From: Acidobacteriota bacterium
GTDB taxonomy: Bacteria; Acidobacteriota; CAIWXX01
Reading direction: 5' to 3'
Assembly: GCA_040755995.1 (NCBI GenBank)
Contig: JBFMAF010000021.1
Span: forward strand, 36,574-100,573
Length of the DNA: 64,000 nucleotides
Part shown: positions 26,617 to 39,618 of the stretch, one piece after another
Layout: each line of letters starts with the position of its first letter
Position numbering within the stretch: the first letter of the stretch is position 1
Notes under the pieces: generated by a model
The model's input: the letters and a program-made list of their open reading frames with translations, nothing else
What the model was told of the DNA's origin: nothing
Databases searched by the model: none
Position numbers and translations under genes: made by a program

Positions 26617-27810
26617 ATGAAATTGCTCGAGAACGTCAAAGTCATCGACATGACGAATGTCCTGGCTGGGCCGTTCTGCACGGTGCACCTGTCGCTGCTT
26701 GGTGCTGAGGTCATCAAGATCGAGAATCCGGACGGAGGGGACCTCGCCCGCAAGCTCGGCAACGTCCCGAAGCTGAACAAGGAGCTGATGGGGACGAGCT
26801 TCCTGGCGCAGAATGCTAACAAGAAGTCGATCACGTTGAATCTGAAGATCGAGGATGCCAAGGAGGTCTTCCGCAAGCTGGTGAAGAATTCCGACATAAT
26901 CGTGGAAAACTTCCGCCCGGGCGTGATGGATCGCATGGGCTTTTCATACAAGGCGCTCTGCGAGATCAACCCTCGCATCATCTATTGTGCTATCTCGGGG
27001 TTCGGACAGACCGGTCCGGATGCGTTCAAGCCGGCATACGACCAGATCATCCAGGGGCTCAGCGGTGTGATGGCTATCAACGGTGATGAGCGCCTGAATC
27101 CGCTCCGCTGCGGGTTCCCTGTGTGCGACACCGTCGGCGGCCTGAACGCGGCCTTCGCCATCATGGCGGCCATGTATCATCGCGAGAGAACGGGCGAGGG
27201 ACAGTTCATCGACATCGCCATGTTGGATTCGATCATGCCGCTCATGGGATGGGTGGCGGCCAACTGGCTCATCGGCGGCAAGCCTCCGGTGCTCCTCGGC
27301 AACGACAACTTCACAGCGGCTCCTTCGGGCGTGTTCGTGACGAAGGACGGCTATATCAATATCGCAGCCAATCAGCAGAAGCAGTGGGAGGACCTGGCCG
27401 ATATCCTCGGCGTGCCCGAGCTCAAGACCGACCCGCGCTTCCAGGAACGTGACACGCGCAAGGCCAACCGCCGGGAGCTTACGCCGCTGTTGGAGGCTAA
27501 GCTCAAGGAGAAGACGACGGATCACTGGGCGGAGGTGCTCAACGGCAAGGGGATCCCGTCCGGCGAAATCCTGACCATGCAGGACGCGCTCGCCCAGCCC
27601 CAATGCGCGCACCGGCAGGCGATCGAGGACGTACCGGAAGCCGGCATCGGATCGGTCAAGCTGTTCAACCTCACCGCCAAGTTCTCAAAGACGCCGGGCA
27701 AGATCGAGGCTCCACCACCGCGTCTTTCTGCGCACACTGAGGAAGTCCTCGGCGCGCTCGGCTACTCCAAGGCGGACATCGGGTCACTGAGAGCGAAAGG
27801 GGCGATCTGA
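26617..27810 (+). CDS. Family III CoA-transferase (CaiB/BaiF)
   Basis: LAGPFC...LGAEVIKIE, NKKSITLNLK, ENFRPG, ISGFGQTGP, YDQIIQGLSG. Confidence 0.93.
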   Translation: MKLLENVKVIDMTNVLAGPFCTVHLSLLGAEVIKIENPDGGDLARKLGNVPKLNKELMGTSFLAQNANKKSITLNLKIEDAKEVFRKLVKNSDIIVENFRPGVMDRMGFSYKALCEINPRIIYCAISGFGQTGPDAFKPAYDQIIQGLSGVMAINGDERLNPLRCGFPVCDTVGGLNAAFAIMAAMYHRERTGEGQFIDIAMLDSIMPLMGWVAANWLIGGKPPVLLGNDNFTAAPSGVFVTKDGYINIAANQQKQWEDLADILGVPELKTDPRFQERDTRKANRRELTPLLEAKLKEKTTDHWAEVLNGKGIPSGEILTMQDALAQPQCAHRQAIEDVPEAGIGSVKLFNLTAKFSKTPGKIEAPPPRLSAHTEEVLGALGYSKADIGSLRAKGAI

Positions 27811-27891
27811 TAGTGTCGACCTGCACGGTTGTTGCGATGGTACCGAATGACGGGATGCCCCGCCTTGACGAATCCAGGGGTGTGCCTCCGT

Positions 27892-27940
27892 CTGACAACT
27901 GCCAACCGCCAACCGACAACTATCAACTGACAACAGACAA
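27892..27940 (+). repeat. 7-mer tandem repeat (CTGACAA consensus, x7)
   Basis: ctgacaa ctgccaa ccgccaa ccgacaa ctatcaa ctgacaa cagacaa. Confidence 0.85.
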
Positions 27941-28005
27941 CTTGGTGCCCGCACGCTGGGGCCATCAAGCGTGAACAGCCTACTTCAAGAGGAGACAATG
28001 CGGAC

Positions 28006-29298
28006 ATGGGCATGACAATGGTCCAGAAGATCCTGGCCAGGGGCACGGGCCAGGAATGTGTCAATGTGGGTGACGTGGTCGAGCCGAAGGTCGATCTGGC
28101 CATGTCGCACGAGAACGCGGCACTGGTCATCAACCAGTTCAACGAGGTCTACAAGGACACGGGACTCGATGCAAAGGTCTGGGACCCTTCAAGAATCGCG
28201 ATCATCTTCGATCACCGCGTCCCGGCGGAAAGCTCGAAGACAGCGACGAACCAGAAGAAGGTGCGCGACTTCGTCGGGAAGCAGGGGATACAGAAGTTCC
28301 ACGACATCCGTGGGGACGAAGGGGGGATCTGCCACCAGATACTGCCGGAAAACGGCTACGTGCGCCCCGGTTTTGTTGTCGTCGGCACCGACAGCCACAC
28401 GACAAGCCATGGGGCGCTGGGGGCCTTCTCCTTCGGAATCGGAGCCACAGAGATGGCCTCGGTCTGGACGCTGGGGAGCGTGCTGAACGTGGAGGTGCCG
28501 GGGACCATCAAGGTCGTGGTCAACGGCGACTTCCAGCGCCACGTCCTCTCGAAAGACCTCATCCTGCATCTGATCGGCAAGATCTCGGCCGAAGGGGCCA
28601 ACTTCAAGGTCATCGAGTTCCACGGTCCCGCGATTCAGAGAATGTCGACATCCAGCCGTTTGGTGATCTGCAACATGTCGGTCGAGGCCGGAGCGACATC
28701 CGGAATCGTTCCGCCTGATCGAGAGACTCGCCGCTATCTGCACGATGAGGCCAGGGTGAAGGAGTCAGTCGAGACATTCGGACCCGACCCGGATGCCGCT
28801 TACGACCAGACAATCGAGATCGACGCGTCGGCCCTCTCACCTCAGATCGCCTGCCCGCACACGGTCGACAACGTGAAACCCATCCAGGACGTCGTAGGGA
28901 TCAAGGTCAACCAGATCGTCATCGGGTCGTGCACAAACGGGCGGCTCGATGATCTGGAGGTCGCGGCCGAGATCCTGCGAGGCAGAAAGGTTGCGCGCGG
29001 GACGCGCATGCTAGTCTTCCCAGCTAGCTCGCGCATCTATCTGGAGGCGCTGCAGAGAGGCTACGTGGCCGATCTGATGAAGGCGGGCGCCGTCGTGATG
29101 AACTCGGGGTGCGGGCCCTGCCTGGGCGTGCACCAGGGTGCGATCGCGGACGGCGACGTGGCGCTCGCAACCACCAACCGGAATTTCAAAGGGCGGATGG
29201 GGAATCCGAACTCCGATGTCTACTTGTGCTCGCCCGCGGTGGCCGCCGCAAGCGCCCTCACAGGTGTAATCACCGATCCGACAAAAGGAGGAATCTAG
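28006..29298 (+). CDS. Aconitase-family hydratase large subunit (3-isopropylmalate dehydratase/homoaconitase, LeuC/HacA-like)
   Basis: DHRVP, GICHQ, GTDSHT, IGSCTNGR, CGPCLG, TTNRNFKGRMG. Confidence 0.93.
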   Translation: MGMTMVQKILARGTGQECVNVGDVVEPKVDLAMSHENAALVINQFNEVYKDTGLDAKVWDPSRIAIIFDHRVPAESSKTATNQKKVRDFVGKQGIQKFHDIRGDEGGICHQILPENGYVRPGFVVVGTDSHTTSHGALGAFSFGIGATEMASVWTLGSVLNVEVPGTIKVVVNGDFQRHVLSKDLILHLIGKISAEGANFKVIEFHGPAIQRMSTSSRLVICNMSVEAGATSGIVPPDRETRRYLHDEARVKESVETFGPDPDAAYDQTIEIDASALSPQIACPHTVDNVKPIQDVVGIKVNQIVIGSCTNGRLDDLEVAAEILRGRKVARGTRMLVFPASSRIYLEALQRGYVADLMKAGAVVMNSGCGPCLGVHQGAIADGDVALATTNRNFKGRMGNPNSDVYLCSPAVAAASALTGVITDPTKGGI

Positions 29299-29299
29299 A

Positions 29300-29800
29300 A
29301 TGGCCAAGGTAGTCCTCAAGCTCGGCGATGACATATCCACAGACATCATCTACCCAGGCCGATACATGGCGACGGTCCTGCCGTCAGAGACTCCACAGTT
29401 CGCGTTTGCCGACCACACCGAGTTCAACGCGAAGGTGAAACGCAACGAGTTCTCGCAGGGAAGCGTCATTCTGGCCGGCAAGAACTTCGGCTGTGGCTCG
29501 TCGCGCGAGCAGGCTGCGTCCTGTCTCAAGGGCCCTGACTTCACCATCGTTGCCCGCGACTTCGCCCGGATCTTCCTCCAGAATTCGATCAACCTGGGAC
29601 TGAAGACCGTCATCTGCCCGGCGATCGAGGCCGAGGAAGGCGACGAGATCGAGGTCGGCCCGGATTCGGTCACGAACAAGACGAGCGGCAAGACGTTCCC
29701 GATCGTGCCGCTCCCTAAGGCGCGGCAGTCGATCGTGGATGCCGGCGGACTGATCCCATACACGCGCAAGCGTCTGATGGAGAAGCAGGCGAAGAGCTAA
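29300..29800 (+). CDS. Aconitase-family hydratase small subunit (LeuD/HacB-like)
   Basis: DDISTDIIYPGRY, GKNFGCGSSREQA, FARIFLQN. Confidence 0.93.
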   Translation: MAKVVLKLGDDISTDIIYPGRYMATVLPSETPQFAFADHTEFNAKVKRNEFSQGSVILAGKNFGCGSSREQAASCLKGPDFTIVARDFARIFLQNSINLGLKTVICPAIEAEEGDEIEVGPDSVTNKTSGKTFPIVPLPKARQSIVDAGGLIPYTRKRLMEKQAKS

Positions 29801-29831
29801 GGGGACGGCGAGGGGTCGGGGCGCGAACAGA

Positions 29832-30224
29832 ATGGATTTCCGCTACCTCAATGTTGACTTGGTCATGGAATCCAAGGAGGATTTGTCGGCCATTGTCGAG
29901 GATCTGGGTGCAGACGTAATTGTCCTTCACCAGGGACCCGTCAGGGGGATCAACCACGCCTCCTTTGAACTGGCCCATGGTTTCTATGCGGGCCCAGACG
30001 AAGCTGTCGCCGCGTTTTGCGGACTTATCGAAGCCCTTTCCCCCGATGCTCGAGTGACATGGGATAGATGCTTTACTCGTATTTACGATCTTGGTCTCGA
30101 ATGCGGAACGTCTCCGTGCCGTTTCTGGTTCGAGCTACGTCCTTCAACAATCAAGCGGGTTGCAGAGATCGGAGCCAGCATTGCGATTTCGATCTATCCG
30201 ATGTCATCAGGAGCAGACGAGTAG
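29832..30224 (+). CDS. Hypothetical protein
   Basis: 130-aa ORF filling the gap, less GC-biased codons than its neighbours; no motif recognised with confidence. Confidence 0.65.
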   Translation: MDFRYLNVDLVMESKEDLSAIVEDLGADVIVLHQGPVRGINHASFELAHGFYAGPDEAVAAFCGLIEALSPDARVTWDRCFTRIYDLGLECGTSPCRFWFELRPSTIKRVAEIGASIAISIYPMSSGADE

Positions 30225-30321
30225 GACGTCCGGATCATCGCGGTACGGCCGTTGGTCCCTGCAATAGTTGCCTTGCTCTACTGGCGAACCAGAAGGCCGT
30301 GGGGGACAGGATCACGCGATC

Positions 30322-30765
30322 ATGAGTACCAGCGCTGAGCCGGTCTGGGTCAGGGATGACCTCGTCATCCCAGAGGGCGAACTATGGTTCACGGCGGCTC
30401 GCAGCGGAGGTCCCGGCGGCCAGAACGTCAACAAGGTCGCCACGCGAGTCACGCTCTCATTCGACGTGGCCGGCTCGCCGAGCCTCTCGGAGGAGCAGCG
30501 GCACCTGATCGTCACCCGTCTGGCGACGCGGATTACGAAAGACGGCGTGCTGAAGGTCGTGGCGCAAGAGCACCGGTCGCAGGCGGAGAACAGGCGCGCG
30601 GCAATCGAGCGATTCACGGCGTTGTTGCGCGCGGCCCTCGTGCGCAAGGCTCCGCGTGTGAAGACCAGGGCGACGGCGGCCGCTCGCGCCCGGCGGCTCG
30701 ACCGCAAGAAACGCAGGAGTGCCCTGAAACGCGATCGCATGGCCCGCGCCGAGCTCAACGAGTGA
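30322..30765 (+). CDS. arfB: Alternative ribosome rescue peptidyl-tRNA hydrolase ArfB
   Basis: RSGGPGGQNVNKV, QEHRSQAENR, basic C-terminal tail. Confidence 0.93.
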   Translation: MSTSAEPVWVRDDLVIPEGELWFTAARSGGPGGQNVNKVATRVTLSFDVAGSPSLSEEQRHLIVTRLATRITKDGVLKVVAQEHRSQAENRRAAIERFTALLRAALVRKAPRVKTRATAAARARRLDRKKRRSALKRDRMARAELNE

Positions 30766-30778
30766 CAAGCCATGGCGC

Positions 30779-31459
30779 TCACCGCGGACTGTGCCTCAAT
30801 TCAGATGTGAGCTTCCGCCTGATGCGCCGCACGAACGCGACGGGCAGCTTGTAGCACAGTCCGGCCCCGAAGGCTCCCCAGATGCCCAGCCACTCACCCA
30901 CCAGGGGCACGATCTGGGGCAGCGAGGGGTCGAAGGCCCTCGGCTGGTGGGCATAGTACCGGACTCTGCGCCCGTCCCAATCGACCGAGTGCTCCGGTTC
31001 GTAGCGAAGTGCGCTGAGTCGAGGGAGCTTCAAGCCCACTCCGCTCGCCAGCGACTCGACCAGATAGTGCTTGCCATCTTTGTCGAACGTGACCCAGGCG
31101 TGCGAGTCGCCATATCGACCCGCCTTTCCCACTACGAATCGCGAACGAAACCCCATGGCCAGTAGCTCTCGCCATGTCCAGAGCGCGAAGTCCTCGCAGT
31201 CACCTTTTCGGATCTTCTCGAAGTCCTGCGGGGGCTGCCAGTAGTCCTTCTTTCCGAACAGCTCCTCGTCGGATACATATTTGCAGGTATTGAGGAATCG
31301 CCTCACCTCGTCGAGCGTGCGGCAGGCGGTGGAGAGAGGCTGCGTGAGGTAGAACTCCATGGGAAAGGCGGGACGGAAGATCCTGCTCTTCTTGCCGGAC
31401 GGCCGGTAGACTGGGCGACCTTCCGTGTCGTAGGCCTCGGGGATGATCTCGGCGATCAT
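30779..31459 (-). CDS. Transglutaminase-like cysteine peptidase domain protein
   Basis: DYWQPPQDF, GDCEDFALW, HAWV. Confidence 0.75.
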   Translation of the reverse strand: MIAEIIPEAYDTEGRPVYRPSGKKSRIFRPAFPMEFYLTQPLSTACRTLDEVRRFLNTCKYVSDEELFGKKDYWQPPQDFEKIRKGDCEDFALWTWRELLAMGFRSRFVVGKAGRYGDSHAWVTFDKDGKHYLVESLASGVGLKLPRLSALRYEPEHSVDWDGRRVRYYAHQPRAFDPSLPQIVPLVGEWLGIWGAFGAGLCYKLPVAFVRRIRRKLTSELRHSPR

Positions 31460-31541
31460 CTTCGCAGGAGAATTCCGCACGACCGGGATTCCCAGGTTCC
31501 GCGGACGCCTTGACGATCAGTTCGCGGACGACGGTTCCCGA

Positions 31542-31736
31542 TCACTTCGCTCGTGGACGCACCGCTTTGCGCTTGGGCTTCCGTTTGGTAATGTCCACGA
31601 TGCGGCCCCTGATCATCACCCAGACAGGGGTCCCAGTGCGCAGTCCTAGCTCCCGCGCTTTTCGCGCGGCGCGCCTGAGCGCCTTGAAGGACGCGATGAT
31701 GTCCGGGTCGGTTGAGCCGTGGGCTTTCTGGGCCAT
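31542..31736 (-). CDS. Small basic hypothetical protein (64 aa)
   Basis: ATG 4 nt after the guaB stop; DPDIIASFKALRRAARKARELGLRTGTPVWVMIRGRIV. Confidence 0.65.
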   Translation of the reverse strand: MAQKAHGSTDPDIIASFKALRRAARKARELGLRTGTPVWVMIRGRIVDITKRKPKRKAVRPRAK

Positions 31737-31740
31737 GGCC

Positions 31741-36018
<4,278 letters not shown>

Positions 36019-36292
36019 CGAACAAACCCGAAATGTATCAGAGTGCCCGGAGAGGAATCAAGAGCTCGTTCCGGCGCCCCGGCGCCCGAGTGCGCCACCG
36101 GCAGAATCGGCGATCGTGCCCGCCGATGCGGCACCTGTATTCAACTCGGCTGACAGCCGGCAGCGGGCGGACTCAGCCGGACCGCACGCGGCCAGCCGTA
36201 GCTCGAGACAGACTCAGGCGAAAGGGCGCCGGCGCGGCGTGCGCACGACCCTTTCGCCTGAATGGATCGCAACTCGCGATCGAGCTCCCGAC

Positions 36293-36778
36293 CTAGTCGC
36301 AGCAGTCGATCACGTCGATGTAGGCGCACTCGCAGCCCTCCCATGCGCCCTTCCTCGCCGTGATCTGTAATTCGATGCTCGTGCCGATATGACGCGCGCC
36401 GGCCTTGAAGTCAAACCACACCATTCCAACCTTCCGCCCGGTGGGCTTGGTCCTGGCGGCTTTGCTGATGACTGCAATCTCGCCCGACATGGCGTCTGTG
36501 TACACGGCCTTGACCTGCACCTTGGCCAGCGGAACCGGCAGCCCCGTGTCCGCGTGGATCACCTTCACATAGATCCGTGCGTTGAACGGGTAAAGGACCT
36601 CCTGGCGCTGCGGAGCGACCTGGACGTCAAGCTCGAACGGGATGCTTGCGATCGCATCGCAGAACGAGGCTGAGACCACCGCGGGTTGTGGGCTGACTTC
36701 GCTTCGCTCGGCAGCACCCAACGCGGCGCAGCACACCAGGGCAACGAAAAGAACAGCAACCCCTCTCCATATCCTCAT
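36293..36778 (-). CDS. Hypothetical secreted protein
   Basis: AGGAGG RBS; signal peptide MRIWRGVAVLFVALVCCAALGA; promoter TTGACA-17-TAGGCT at 36841-36813. Confidence 0.7.
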   Translation of the reverse strand: MRIWRGVAVLFVALVCCAALGAAERSEVSPQPAVVSASFCDAIASIPFELDVQVAPQRQEVLYPFNARIYVKVIHADTGLPVPLAKVQVKAVYTDAMSGEIAVISKAARTKPTGRKVGMVWFDFKAGARHIGTSIELQITARKGAWEGCECAYIDVIDCCD

Positions 36779-36929
36779 TGATGGCCTCCTCGGTTCTCTT
36801 TCAGCTTCGTAGAGCCTAGCCGCTGGGATCGAGAATGTCAAGCACTTTCTTCCATTTTCTTCTACAATTGTCGGAGGCCTCAGGAAGGGCCAACACCATA
36901 GACACGTGGCCACACGTGCACGGGCAGCG

Positions 36930-36959
36930 TTGACACCTCTTGGGGCGTTGATGTAGATT
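36930..36959 (+). promoter_or_regulatory. sigma70 promoter of the DUF4388-miaA-hfq-hflX unit
   Basis: TTGACA-18-TAGATT. Confidence 0.6.
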
Positions 36960-36985
36960 ACGCCGTGAAATCAGGGATTTCTGCG

Positions 36986-38092
36986 ATGACCACGCCGCCC
37001 CTCGAAGGGAAACTGGAAGAGCACGATCTTGCTTTCGTGCTCGAGGCGCTCCGAACCCAGAAGAAGACGGGCGTCCTCGTGGCAAAGCGTGACAACACCG
37101 AGAAGAGGCTGTTCTTCAAGTCCGGGGCCCTCATCTTCGCGAGCTCGAACATGCTGGAGGAGCGCCTCGGGGACATACTGTTGCGTGAGGGTCGAGTAAC
37201 GCAGGCGCAGTATGACAGGAGCGCCGAGCTGATCAAGAAGGGTTTGAGACAGGGCCGGGCGCTCGTCGAAATCGGCGCCCTGACGCCGAAGGAGCTCTGG
37301 TGGAGCGTCCAGCATCAGCTCAAGGAGATCTTCTATTCGGTGCTGGACTGGAGCGAAGGAGTGTTTGCGTTTTCGGAAGGCGATCTGCGGACGAACGAGA
37401 ACATCGTCTTCGATCTGGATCTCCCGCAGCTCACGCTCGAGGGCATCCGCCGGCTGAAAGACCCGGTTCTCCTGCGTCGTCGATTTCCCTCGCCTGAGTC
37501 GGTCCTCATACAGACCCGTCTGGGGTTGGACGAGAAGATCTCGCTGGAACCGTACGAAAAGCACATTCTCGGCCTGGTCGATGGAACTCGACAGGCTACC
37601 GAGATTTGCGCGAAGAGCGAGATAGGCGAGTTCGAGACGCTGAAGGTCTTGTACGCGCTCCTCGCAATCGGCTTCCTCCGCCTGAGGCGCCAGGAAGAGG
37701 CACCGCCGCAGCGGCGCGAAGCGCCTGCCGAAGAACCCGATCTGCGCCAGATTCTCCAGACCTTCAACGATGCATTCGGATTTCTCTACAAGTACATGCT
37801 CCGCGAGATCGGGCCGATCGCGGAGAACGTGCTCAACAAGTACCTCAACGACATTCGGTCGGGCCAGGAGGCGCTGTTCAAGAACGTGAAGCTGCGGAAG
37901 GACGGGTCGCTCGACCAGGAGGCGCTGCAGAAGAACCTGAGCGCGCTGAAGCCGGAGACGCGTCGGGAGGCACTGATAGGCGGGCTCAACGAGTTCTTCT
38001 ATGCCGAGATCCTGGCCATCAAGAAGACGCTTGGTCCGGAGCACGAATCGTCCGTGGTGCGCAGTCTGCAGGACCTGAAGATACATCCGTGA
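36986..38092 (+). CDS. DUF4388 (PatA N-terminal-like) domain protein
   Basis: LEGKLEEHDLAFVL...KKTGVL...LFFKSGALIFASS, ERLGDILL, WSEGVFAF. Confidence 0.8.
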   Translation: MTTPPLEGKLEEHDLAFVLEALRTQKKTGVLVAKRDNTEKRLFFKSGALIFASSNMLEERLGDILLREGRVTQAQYDRSAELIKKGLRQGRALVEIGALTPKELWWSVQHQLKEIFYSVLDWSEGVFAFSEGDLRTNENIVFDLDLPQLTLEGIRRLKDPVLLRRRFPSPESVLIQTRLGLDEKISLEPYEKHILGLVDGTRQATEICAKSEIGEFETLKVLYALLAIGFLRLRRQEEAPPQRREAPAEEPDLRQILQTFNDAFGFLYKYMLREIGPIAENVLNKYLNDIRSGQEALFKNVKLRKDGSLDQEALQKNLSALKPETRREALIGGLNEFFYAEILAIKKTLGPEHESSVVRSLQDLKIHP

Positions 38093-38196
38093 GCTGGCTG
38101 CGGCGGGCCGGTCTTGAGCCCACTCGGAAGCAGACCCTGGGCCTTGTGCTGCTGGCGGGGGGCTTCATTCTGTTGCTGGTCCTCCGGATGCTGTGA
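38089..38196 (+). CDS. Putative 35-aa single-pass membrane microprotein
   Basis: GTGA start/stop overlap with the DUF4388 gene; MSWLRRAGLEPTRKQTLGLVLLAGGFILLLVLRML. Confidence 0.5.
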   Translation: MSWLRRAGLEPTRKQTLGLVLLAGGFILLLVLRML

Positions 38197-38251
38197 GGAC
38201 GCCCGGGCAGCCGCGGCGCCACTGGCGGAGCGGGGCTGAGCCAGGAGGATC

Positions 38252-39178
38252 ATGCCGGATCAGAGATTGAAGCCGCTTCTGGTGACCTTCGGGCCGACGG
38301 CCTCCGGCAAGAGCGCGGCAGCGATTCAGGTGTGCCGCGCGATTGGAGGCGAGATAATCAGCGCCGATTCCATGCAGGTCTACCGCGGGTTCGACATCGG
38401 GACGGCCAAGCACCGGGACGAGGACTCGGGGGTGCCGCAGCACCTGATCGACATATGCGCACCCGACGGTGTGTTCTCGGCGGCGGACTTCGTGAGGCGG
38501 ACGTTGGAGCTTGTGCCCGAGATCGAGGGGCGAGGGTGCCTGCCCGTGGTCGTTGGCGGGACGGGGCTCTACCTTCGAGCGCTGCTGGACGGCATCTTCG
38601 AGGGCCCTCCGCGCGACTCGAGCATTCGCGCGAGGCTCCGCGAGGAAGCGCAATCCCACGGCCTTTCCCGCCTCTATCTTCGGCTGGGTGAGATCGACCC
38701 CGACTACCAGTCGCGCATCCATTCGAACGACCGCGTGCGGATCATCCGTGCACTCGAGGTGGCCGAGATCACGGGGACTCCGCTTTCCGCCCACTTCGAA
38801 CGCAACAGCCTGCGACTGGAAGGTCATGACGTACTGAAGCTGGGGCTTCTGCTGCCACGAGAGGATCTCTACGCGCGGATCGACCGGCGAGTCGAGTGGA
38901 TGATGGAGGCGGGGCTGGTGGAGGAGGTGTCTTGTCTGCTGGCCCAAGGGGTCTCCAGACAGGCCACGCCGTTCAAGGCGCTTGGCTATCGCCAGGTGCT
39001 CGATTGCCTGGACGGCTCGGCGTCGCGCGCCGAAACGATCGCGTCGATCCAACAGGAGACCCGCAGATTCGCCAAGCGCCAGATGACCTGGTTCAGGAGG
39101 GAACAAGACGCGGTGTGGGTGCGCGCCGACCGCATCGAGTTGATCCTCCCACTTGTAAGACACCGGCTTTTGTATTAA
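38252..39178 (+). CDS. miaA: tRNA dimethylallyltransferase
   Basis: GPTASGKS, ISADSMQVYRGFDIGTAK, VGGTGLY, TRRFAKRQMTWF. Confidence 0.97.
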   Translation: MPDQRLKPLLVTFGPTASGKSAAAIQVCRAIGGEIISADSMQVYRGFDIGTAKHRDEDSGVPQHLIDICAPDGVFSAADFVRRTLELVPEIEGRGCLPVVVGGTGLYLRALLDGIFEGPPRDSSIRARLREEAQSHGLSRLYLRLGEIDPDYQSRIHSNDRVRIIRALEVAEITGTPLSAHFERNSLRLEGHDVLKLGLLLPREDLYARIDRRVEWMMEAGLVEEVSCLLAQGVSRQATPFKALGYRQVLDCLDGSASRAETIASIQQETRRFAKRQMTWFRREQDAVWVRADRIELILPLVRHRLLY

Positions 39179-39284
39179 AACCATCAGGTGCGACGTGGGT
39201 TGCTGGATCACGAGGCCGCTGGAAGAGAAGCTGGGCGTCCGAGGCGATCTCATGAGACTACTACGATTGTAGTAAGGAGGGCGT

Positions 39285-39569
39285 ATGGAGAAGGAGCTGC
39301 AGTCTGGAGTACAGGATGAGTTCATCAATTCGATTCGGAAGCAGAAGGCGGTCATCACCCTGTACCTGGTGAGCGGGCTGAAGCTCCAGGGACGCATCAA
39401 GAGCTTCGACAAGTTCTCGATCATCCTTGACATCAACGGATGCGACCATCTCATATTCAAGCATGCGATCTCGACCATCATGGCGCCCCGAGGGTTCGCC
39501 TCGCGCGAGCGGGCGGAGCCCGAGGAGGCGGCCGCAAAGGTGGAAGGCACACGGGAGAACGCCTCCTAG
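39285..39569 (+). CDS. hfq: RNA chaperone Hfq
   Basis: QDEFINSIRK, YLVSGLKLQGRIKSFDKF, LIFKHAISTI; miaA-hfq-hflX order. Confidence 0.96.
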   Translation: MEKELQSGVQDEFINSIRKQKAVITLYLVSGLKLQGRIKSFDKFSIILDINGCDHLIFKHAISTIMAPRGFASRERAEPEEAAAKVEGTRENAS

Positions 39570-39618
39570 CGGTGGCGGCTCGCAGGGGACGATGATCGCA
39601 TACTGATCAGGGAGGTTG

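Noticed and set aside
28006..29800. Assigning leuC/leuD symbols as leucine biosynthesis genes
   Set aside because: Family membership is clear, but the context is catabolic and the substrate is undetermined
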